Source of the DNA: Balanoglossus misakiensis
Taxonomy: Eukaryota > Animalia > Hemichordata
NCBI GenBank assembly: GCA_040954595.2
Contig: CM082580.2
Location: forward strand, 2,098,783 to 2,162,782
DNA: 64,000 bases
Reading direction: 5' to 3'
In this document: piece by piece, positions 54,618 to 64,000 of the stretch
Position numbering within the stretch: the first letter of the stretch is position 1
Layout of the letters: each line of letters starts with the position of its first letter
Position numbers and translations under genes: made by a program
The notes under the pieces: model-generated
Database searches by the model: none
Told to the model about the DNA's origin: nothing
What the model saw: the letters and a program-made list of their open reading frames with translations, nothing else

Positions 54618-55267
54618 TTCATACAGGAGCTGTTTTTTAACATGTTTATACCAATTTAATTTACACCCGTACATTTAATTTTAAATTTCTAACATATTTT
54701 AGTTTATGATTTCAATTACTTGGTGTATTTTGGTGAGAAATCCACGTCAATGTCAATTCGGACCTGACGCAGACAACAGTTCCACACACAGGGCGCCAAT
54801 AAGCGCGTTTCCAGTTCCAGATACCCATGACGCTTTGCGCGAGGTCACGGGGTCAAAAGGTAAAACTTTAGGTCAGCGTAGCAGACGACATATTGTAAAC
54901 AAACGTTGGGAGGCGAATTTTTTTGCGAATCACAGTGAAAACGAACTTTTGAGGTGAGTTTTTACATTGAATAACAAATTTAGTGTGCCATTCAAGGCAT
55001 TTCGAGTCGAATCTCGCATTGTCACTCGAATTTTTGGCGACTTTCATAACTTTTTGCCGACGTGTATTTCCTTAGGCCTGAACGGAAACACCAATACGTA
55101 CGGCCGTGAATAGCTAGGCACGTAATCGGTTCGTGTGGTGTTATATAGCAGACATGTAATTATGTTGACGACCGACCAATGCAGGCATAAAACATTGCAT
55201 AGACATAGACTATATAGGTATTTCTTTTTTTACCAGATTCTCGTGTGAGTGAATAGGAAGTTTAGGG

Positions 55268-56943
55268 ATGCCCACCTGTTCCTGTGCAGTGCATGGGTGC
55301 ACTAATAATACCCATAAAATAAGACAATGGAGGAGGCAGTATTGCCAAATACACCACTGTCAATTCGACACAGGTAGATGTTTTTGTGACCCACCATTTA
55401 CGCTATTCCCTTTCCCAAACAAAGAAAGCAATACAGAGGTGTTGAAAGAGTGGATTAGACTGATCAACCTTAAAGATGCTACTACAGGAAAGATTTGGGA
55501 ACCAAACTCATACAGTCGAGTTTGTTCACAGCACTTTGTTGACAGCAAACCCACCCAAGAAAACCCAAATCCAACTCTACACCTAGGTTATCCTGTAAAA
55601 CTAAAGCAAACAAGGCGAAAAATAGAGAGGTCCACGTGTTGTTCCGCAGTTCCAAAGAAAAGGAAAACAGTTGAAAGGCCAGTAGAGAGAGAACACAATC
55701 CAAATTCAAGCAACCCTTCAAGTTCATCTGTTTTGTCCACTGAGGAATCACCAAAAAAAGATGAGAACGCTAGTGAAATATTAGTTGACTGTGAACACAA
55801 AAATGCTGCAGACACTTCATCATCAAGTGTAAATTCTTCACATCTAGATAACCACTCTTACTTTAGATCTTGTGACTGTAGTCAAGATTGTAATTGTTTG
55901 GGGTGTCATGAAAAAAAATGAGACAATCAAGGATTTGCTAAATAAAATTCAAGACCTTGAAGAATTGATTAGAATGAAAAAGTCTGTTGAGCAAAAAATC
56001 AGTGAAAATGGAAAACATATATTTGAAAAATTATTGAAAGATGATTTGAAATGTAAATTTTACACAGGTCTACCAAGCATTGCTCTTTTCAATTTAATTT
56101 TTGATTACATTGATCCGAAAACCAGGAAAATGAGATATTGGTATGGTGTGAAAAATATTATAAGCACAAAAGTCCCAAGGAAGTTTAATAAATCACCCAA
56201 AAAGTTTGGTCCCCAAAGAAAACTGGGTGGAAAGGATGAAATGCTTCTTGTCCTTATGAAGTTGAGATTGGGTCTTTTAAATAAAGACCTGGCTGATCGT
56301 TTCAACATTTCACCTGCACATGCGAGTAGAATTTTCAATACATGGGTCAAAGTTCTCTCTAAAGAGTTGAAACAAATGATATGTTATCAACCTAAAGAGT
56401 ATGTTTTGCCAAACCTTTCAAAGTGTTTTCAGAAACATTTTCCCAGACTTGTCAGCATATTAGATTGCACGGAAATATTTATTGAGAGACCCAGGGACTT
56501 GAAGCTGCAAGCTCAAACCTGGTCAGATTATAAGAAGCATAACACAGCCAAATTGCTGGTTTCTTGTTCACTAAGGGGGTCAATTAGTTTTATTTCTGGA
56601 GCCTGGGGTGGGAGAACTTCCGATAGTTATATTGTGAGGAATTCTGGGTTTTTGGATTTTGTTGAACAAGGCGATCAGCATTTGGCTGATAAAGGTTTCA
56701 CATTGAAACAAGATTTTTTGATCAGGGGGGCAAACTTATAATACCAACAAACAAACTGAAAGTGAGGTTAAAATGACGAAAAAAATTGCAAATTTGAGGA
56801 TACACGTGGAAAGGGCTATCAACAGGTTTAAACATTTTAGGATTTTACAAAATACTTACCCAATTTCTTTGATACCAGTAATAGATGATGTCATCACTGT
56901 ATGTGCTGCATTATGTAATTTTTTACCACCATTAGTGCGATAA
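55268..56943 (+). pseudogene. THAP + HTH + Harbinger-family DDE transposase, frameshifted
   Basis: CAVHGC..FPFP..W..VCSQHF (THAP), FYTGLP, LDCTEIFIERP, WSDYKKHNT, LADKGF, RIHVERAI. Frameshifts at the A-run ~55911 and G-run ~56725 with a small deletion. Confidence 0.92.
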
Positions 56944-58699
56944 AGTTTTTTTTTATATGAAAATAAAAGATGTACGTTACTGCAGCTCTGGGTTATGTAA
57001 GTTATTTCCCCTGTTTAGTTGAAGACTACTCAAAGAAATCCCAGCAGAAGGCGGTCTGCCTATCCATACGTTCTCTACACTGGGTTGTTGGGCATAAAAC
57101 TACGAGAAGTATTTCATTCGATATTATGCATATTTTAAGGATGGAGATTAAACATTGTCATTGTGGAATGAAAAGTCAAAAACATACTGTCAAATTAACA
57201 TGATTTTATTAAGATTTACACACTTAAAATATTAAAATACATAAATGATGTATCATTTTGCAGAGGAATCATGGATATATATAATCATAATTCCACAGCA
57301 GAGGCTGTCCAGTTGCAGGTGTGGGACTTAATTTCATTGAATAAATGGTGATTGTAGAAATATGCCAGATTTTTTACAATTTTTTTCCAATAATCATGGT
57401 CAAATGTTATCCTTTCTAAGAGGTATCCATGCATAGAATAAACAAAAAAATCACACCACTTTTTTTCAGCAATTGCCATTTGACCTTGAACCTGGCTATA
57501 ATATGAAGAAGTATGTTTGAGTTTTGTTACACCATTAGCAGATGTTAGGTAAATTAAATTGGTATGACTTGGTACTGAATCTGATACTGATATAGGACAT
57601 TTGCATTCCAACAGACCAATACCACAACAGTCACATTTCACTATTGCATCAGGGCTTGCTCCCAGAAATATATTGTTTTTATCAACAAATAGACCACATT
57701 CAAAGAGATGGATATTTTTGTGACCATTTCCTTTCATAATTTTCAAATAGTTACTTTTAGCCACTGACTCCATACGTCTCCCAAACTTGAGTGACCCAAT
57801 GTTTGGATTGGGAGAAACACATCCAAGTAGCCTACAAGATAAGGACTTTGTCTCGATTGATTTTGGATTTTCGGCCATCTGAATTGTGTTCACTTTAGTG
57901 TACACAGAGTGAAAATTAGAAGCAGTTATACGCCCTTTTCTGTTTTCAATCCAAATCTCATTTTCACTTTGCCCAATTGTACTATTTTCAATAGCTGACA
58001 CTGTTTCATTACTGTACTTTGGTAAATCACAAATATCAGTAATATCTGAGAAACTTAACAAGTCATGAAGTGTAGGGGGCAATGGTGCTGGAAAATTACC
58101 AACAGATGACTGGCTCAAATTGTCAAAAGAAGTGTCTCTCTCTGTAGATGTTTCAGAAAATATGACAGAACCTGGAGATACAACTTTAGCATTTTCAAGG
58201 AAAGTTTGAAATGTCATCCCCTTGTCTTTATTCCTCTTGTGTGGCACAAACAATGACTTCACGGCAGGATTAATGGTGCTTGTGTGATCTGAAAAAATAA
58301 TATCAAATAAATATTCATGTATTAACCAATAATATTAAATGAAGTGGTCAAGTAGCACCAACTCTTGGACACAATGTTCTTCAGTTCACTACAAACTAAT
58401 TTTATATTCCGGCGTTTCATGGGCTTAATCCCACTTCATCAGGTTGAAATTGTATGGAAGCCAAAGTATATACCGGTATGTATAGGATCCCCCCCCCCCC
58501 ACCGCCACACACACACATACATACATACAACACATACAGGAAAGTAAGAACAAGACTTGGTTGCACAGCATTTCACACCATACTTTTTCTTACATCAGCT
58601 GTTCATTAGGTTTTGAAAAGGACTTCAAATTAAATTAGGTGAATATTACATGGTAATATGCCATTGATGGCAACAGAGATACTACAGATTGCAATTTAA

Positions 58700-58883
58700 A
58701 GGTATACAATCACCTCCAATTTACATCACTCATGTATGGCTGAAATTGCGTATTAGAGCCTTCTAAAGAACATATGGTGGCGCTCTTGTTTTCGCGTGTG
58801 CCACCCAATGACAATTTGTGATTGGCTAGATCTCATTTTGCCATGGTAACTATAGCTTATTTTCCATAGGTGACCGTATACCT
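58700..58883. mobile_element. Kolobok/T2-type MITE
   Basis: TTAA|AGGTATACAATCACCT ... AGGTGACCGTATACCT|TTAA. Confidence 0.8.
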
Positions 58884-59339
58884 TTAATGTTACAGAAATT
58901 ATCTAAATAAGATTGGTTTACCAGATTTATCAGCATGTGGGGATTTCCATTCCATTTCTTTTATTGGTACTGGTTGAACAAGAAGAGTTTTACCAGATCC
59001 TCTCCATGTACAGGGTAGAGATGTCTATGACTTGACCACATACCCATACTTCCAACAGAAGTCAATTTTCAAAAGTACTGCTGCCACATGATTGCATGAT
59101 CTACCATATCTGTACAATACAATACAAAGCAAAGAGAGAGCATTCGTTAAATATTTAACTACTTTGGTTGGTTAATTTGAGAACTTTGAGCCAAATATGT
59201 GGCATAAAGAGAAATATTGAAGACATAATAAAATTATTCAGACTAATATTAACAATATATGAATAAAAATAAGTTATTGTGCAGTTTTTATACTTGAGTT
59301 AGTATAAATTATTTATCAGAGTCACTCAATTTTTATTAA

Positions 59340-60408
59340 AGCCACAGTATTTCTCGTAGGGGCAAAATTTTGTTTGAAACGGCATCTATAATTTCTAAAA
59401 GTAGATGATAATTGATACTGAATCGAACAGTCATCATCCCCAGCTCTGCTGATAAACTCATACAATTTACAATATAACGAGTGAAGAATGACTTTCTGTC
59501 CGGACAGAAAGTCACGTGAGTCAGGCTAATATTGACACACGTGACTAGTGCGCATGCGCACTCAAATGTGAATCTATGCGGAAGAGTTTTGGTCGCCCCA
59601 AATCAAGCGACTCAGTAGTCTCGGTTACCCAGACGCCTTTGCTTCTTCCGATGCTCTCCAGAAAAGGGTCTGGGGAAATGCTATTGAAAGCTTTGTAAAA
59701 CAAAATGGCCGATGTCAGGATTTTGATCATCGCCTGATTGGCTGAGCTGTCAGTATGACCCGGGTCATTGCAATAGTTTCGACAATCGTCTACCAAAGAT
59801 ATTTCATATAATTTCTCCAACAATGCTAACAGAGGACGCCTTTTGCCTTTCGCATCAACCAACAAGTACCGGTCTCTTGATATGAAGATACAACAAATAA
59901 TCACACATTGTCGAGAGTCAGTGACCCGGGTCATACTGAGAGCTCAGCCAATCAGGCGATGATCAAAATCCTGACATCGGCCATTTTGTTTTACAAAGCT
60001 TTCAATAGCATTTCCCCAGACCCTTTTCTGGAGAGCATCGGAAGAGCAAAGGCGTCTGGGTAACCGAGACTAGCGACTCAGCGAAGAAATGCGCACTAAT
60101 TCGGCGAAATTTTGGGAAGATAACTTTATGGGAGAAATCAGTCGATGGAACCAGATCAAATCCGAAAATGGTCTGACCATCAAAATGTCAAAGTGGCACG
60201 TTTGCTGATCGACATGTACACCATTTCCGTTGTAAACAAACCCGCGCATCATTTCAAGCGTTACGGGCGATATTTTCGGCTTGCATGTAGCTACAATTGC
60301 CCAAACCTTTCTTACATCTTCATTATATAGTATTCCATGATGGATGTACTGGAAAAACTGGCTTTTTTCGATGATGAAAAATGGATGCACACGAGAAATA
60401 CTGGGGCT
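59340..60408. mobile_element. Kolobok/T2-type MITE hosting an AcademH MITE
   Basis: TTAA|AGCCACAGTATTTCTCGT ... ACGAGAAATACTGGGGCT|TTAA. Confidence 0.82.
59616..60072. mobile_element. AcademH-type MITE
   Basis: TAGTCTCGGTTACCCAGACGCC ... GGCGTCTGGGTAACCGAGACTA, ~150-bp TIRs, 9-bp TSD GCGACTCAG. Confidence 0.92.
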
Positions 60409-61611
60409 TTAAGAATAGTAAGTAGAATTTAAAATGTCAAAATGCTGATATAACAGCATAGGTCAGTGAAAAAATATAGTTTCTCCCATTAAAAAAATAT
60501 GTAAAGGTACTCACCCAGCTACACAAGTACAATGTGAACTTTTAATCACTCCAGTCTCTTTCTCAATAGCAACCCACAGTCCATGGGAACAATCTGCCAG
60601 TCTTTGTGATGGTGTACATTTGGATTTCAGGAAACAGTATGGACTATCTTCGGAGATGTGGTGGTAATAAACCTCAAAAAGAAACTGTGAGGAGAAATAA
60701 CTAAATGCCTTGCCCTCTTTGTAATCATTTAACAGCCTTTTCGATAAATTGGTCTTGCTGATATCAGTCTCATGTTCCTGCAAGTAATTTTGAATATCCG
60801 TTATCATAGTTGGGGGCCACATATGCATTGCTGTATTTTCATTTTGCCATCCAGACGTCAAAGAGGTGAATGGATCTGGCAAAACACAGCCATCAGAAAT
60901 GACCAATGCCATTTTATATTCTCTTTGGCGCGTTTCCTCCTTCTCTATGGCTGTTGTAACCAAAGGTGTCTTGTTTATATGTGCTGCATATGCTAGTGCC
61001 ACCAACTCTTCTTTTCTCCCAGAAACAGGCAGATCTCTTTTCTGAAGAAATGCTTTGAGAGCTGGCACATTCCATAATTTAAATGTGTCATACGTTAGCT
61101 CAGCCTCATGAATACTCTGAGATGACATTTTTCTACAAGAGATAAATTAAAAATGTAGTTATAGTCACACTGTCAACAATACCTGGTGTTCATATAGAAT
61201 ATAAAATGAAGAAGCGTTTTTTTTTCAAAATAGGTACAATCACTCATGATTATCATGAAAATATTAATAAATCAAGCACTACCGCTGTCATTACATTTAA
61301 AGTTTCCGGTAGAATAAACGAGCCTTGACCATGATGACCTCACGGTTTTGTACTGTAGTCGTGTACGTGCCTAGCCATTCACGGCCGTACGTATTGGTGT
61401 TTCCGTTCAGGAAATACACGTCGGCAAAAAGTTATGAAAGTCGCCAAAAATTCGAGTGACAATGCGAGATTCGACTCGAAATGCCTTGAATGGCACACTA
61501 AATTTGTTATTCAATGTAAAAACTCACCTAAAAAGTTCGTTTTCACTGTGATTCGCAAAAAAATTCGCCTCGCAACGTTTGTTTACAATATGTCGTCTGC
61601 TACGCTGACCT

Positions 61612-64000
61612 TAGTCTGGTACCCTGCCCCCTTTCTCCCGCTGCTGGCGCTACACTCACGAAAGGGGTCAGGTAAAGGCCATTTAATGCATGGCTGTGAT
61701 TGGACATTAATATCGAGCATGCTGATTGGTCAATAAAGTTTTCAGACGACAAACAATGGCGTCGTTCAAAGAAAAGCTCGACTTTGTTATTCGCACAAAG
61801 TATGCACTGTCTTGTATTAACCGTCGACGCGGCTCTGCTTTCACTTTTTTAAAACCGAAACAGGTGGACTGTTTGGCAGTGTGCTTGAAAGGAGACTGTA
61901 TCGCGCTGTTGCCAACAGGATATGGAAAGTCAGTGATATTTGAATCACTGCCGATTCTATTTCCACCGGAGACTGCTGCTGTCGTTATAATAACTCCGCT
62001 GAACGCAATCATCGAGGAGCAATGCAGCAAGTTGGGTGTTGAAGCCGTGAAGATCGACCGTAATTTTTCTTTCGGGAGTACTGTGAAAAAACGCTTTCTA
62101 GATGGCGACTTTACCTACGTTTTCTCACACCCAGAACATATTCTGCAGCCAGAAGTGTTTGAAGTTTTTAGAAGACCAGTGTGGCAGAAGAAGGTTACCC
62201 ACATAGTGATCGACGAGGCACATTGTGTTGTGCAATGGGGTACTGACTTTCGCCCTGATTTCAAACATTTAAAAAACCTCCGGGCAATATTTAATAATGC
62301 AAAAGTTTGCGATGACAGCTACTTCTACGATTGAGACACGGGCAGAAATCAGTGAACTACTACTGTTGAAAAACCCGACAATTGTGTCTTCAAACATCGA
62401 CAGAAGAAATATCAAATTAATTGTCAGAAAGAGACCTCCAAACTCGGGTGGTAACCATACCGTACAAGCGTCATATGATACGATTTTTCTGCCGCTTATT
62501 GAAGAGTTGCAGAATCTTGGGAATGGTTTTCCCAGAACAATTGTATACACCCAACTGAAGTGGTGTGGCTATGCACATGAGCTGGCTCTAAGACCCTGCT
62601 TGGATAGCGATCCTCCTTTCCAAGATATTGGGGATATGGTTGCCCAGTTCCATGCATCTTGCACAGATAAGGTAATGCAACTTAGTGTTTGAAGTTACTC
62701 TGATAAAATAAAATGTCATTTAGTTTTTGAATACTATTATTTTAAAGGTAGTTTGTAAAACAACTGAAAGTCATTTAATATTATTACTTTAAAGAGTAGA
62801 TACATCACTTGAAACATAACAGGTGAAATAATATTTTTGTAAAAAAAATGTTATGTCAATTTTTAGCACCTACATATATGTAAACGACATGTTGTATTTT
62901 TTTCAACAGATGAAAAACGAAATTATTGAAGGTATGGCAGCGCCAAACAGTACCCTGAGATTGTTATTTGCCACCGAGGCATATGGTATGGGTGCAGACC
63001 CAGCAGGGGTGAGAAGAGTAATCCATGCCGGTCCACCAAGATCACTAGAGAGTATGTACCAATACCAATTTGTCATATTATTATTATTTTTCTCATTTAA
63101 ATTTTTGCATTTAGAATAACTAAGGTTCCATGTTTGATGGAACGGGGGAAACTGATAAGACAATTTGCAAATATAAAAAACACACAAAATATCATATTAA
63201 ATGATATATTGAGAACTTGTGTCCATTTCTTGTAGGGACAATAAAAGCTGTTACCAAGAATTCATTGTGCTGACCAACAATAATAAACAATGATAATTTT
63301 GAATGTTATGTCAGTTAATTCACAACTAGGAAAAGTACAGTGGTTTATACTTTAAATAACATTTTCTTTTAATTCTCTGTAGCTTATATTCAAGCAATTG
63401 GTCGAGCTGGCAGAGACGGTGAACCTGCTGAGGCTATCCTGCATTATAATGCCTCTGATATTGCAGCAAATGTGAAGGGAATGACGCGCCAGATGAGAGA
63501 TTTCTGTTTGACCGAGAACTGTCGAAGGGAAAATTTAATCCACAATTTTGGACAGCAGTTGTGTGCTCAGTTTACAGACAGTCATGAATGTTGTGACAAT
63601 TGTGCGGTGGCATGTAAATGTCTGGCATGCTTATCCCCAAGTACTCTATCATATGACTGCACCTCAGCTTCTGTACTTGATGGCTGTTGGCAGCCACCAG
63701 AGAATGGTGGCTGTTTGCTGCCATCTGGGAAAGAAACTGTTGCTCAGTTGTGTGATAGTGGAATTGTAGGTACATGTTCTGAAAAAATTTCAATAGTTCA
63801 TGGTTTAATATTGCAATACTTTCATGCAGAAAACTCATGCTTGTCAAATGTACCTTTACCATCACTTGTTACTGGTTTGACACAGGTATTGGCAGAAACA
63901 ATTTCTAATCAATATATTCATTATGCTAATAGCAGAAATATAATCGTTGATTTTCAGTATTTGGATAGAAAGTATGTTGGTAACATTGTATCCATAATAT
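61612..64000 (+). mobile_element. AcademH-like transposon, left part; continues beyond the window
   Basis: Terminus TAGTCTGGTACCCTGCCCCCTTT..AAAGGGGTCAGG resembles the TAG ends above; RecQ helicase gene starts ~145 bp inside. Right end and TSD not visible. Confidence 0.7.
61756..64000 (+). pseudogene. RecQ-type SF2 helicase, frameshifted
   Basis: Exons 61756-62671, 62910-63051, 63383 onward. LPTGYGKS, IDEAH..QWGTDFRP, MTAT, ATEAYGMG, QAIGRAGRDG, CRR..CCDNC. Frameshift at ~62308. Confidence 0.9.

Larger units (their letters stand above)
57285..61128 (-). pseudogene. SAP + SWIM + YqaJ-like exonuclease, 3 exons, premature TAG in exon 2
   Basis: Exons 61128-60515, 59109-58922, 58288-57285. LKAFLQKRDLPVSGRKEELV (SAP), CTCVAG|YGRSCNHVAA (SWIM), RITASNF, LGASPD, ECKCP, YYSQVQGQM. 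Confidence 0.9.
54871..61610 (+). mobile_element. ISL2EU/Harbinger-group transposon (THAP-DDE transposase plus YqaJ nuclease gene)
   Basis: ~250-bp TIRs GGTCAGCGTAGCAGACGACATATTGTAAACAAACGTTG.. (54871-55122 / 61364-61610), TTA on both flanks, two convergent genes. Confidence 0.92.

Noticed and set aside
61756-64000. Host RecQ gene (WRN/BLM/RECQL)
   Set aside because: Minimal helicase starting just inside a TAG-type terminus and frameshifted; fits AcademH cargo better.

Overview
AT-rich animal genomic DNA with GT-AG spliceosomal introns; a marine invertebrate is my guess. I recognise no ordinary host gene, RNA gene or CRISPR array: the window is almost entirely nested transposable elements. 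(1) A ~51-kb element (~230-51300) with long AT-rich inverted repeats carries two convergent decayed genes, a G2E3-like HECT E3 ligase (+) and an HTH-bearing, IS3EU-like transposase remnant (-). (2) Inside it lie a very young Ty3/Gypsy LTR retrotransposon (2340-11868), an Academ deletion derivative (21040-23515), and a nest of a TAA-TSD MITE (26039-48702), a KDZ/Zisupton-type transposon with an NRF1/Ewg-like DNA-binding gene (26347-47655) and an apparently intact two-gene Kolobok (31651-38441). (3) To the right are an unclassified CAGT element with a 5-bp TSD (51554-54532), an ISL2EU/Harbinger element (54871-61610), AcademH-type MITEs and the start of a RecQ-helicase AcademH element. The two most unusual signals are three sequence-unrelated elements whose terminal hairpins all show C(GNA)G triloops and tandem G.A mismatches on one defined strand, and two independent AcademH-type mini-elements that are both exactly 76 bp but have different left/right junctions. 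All coordinates and splice models were read by eye.
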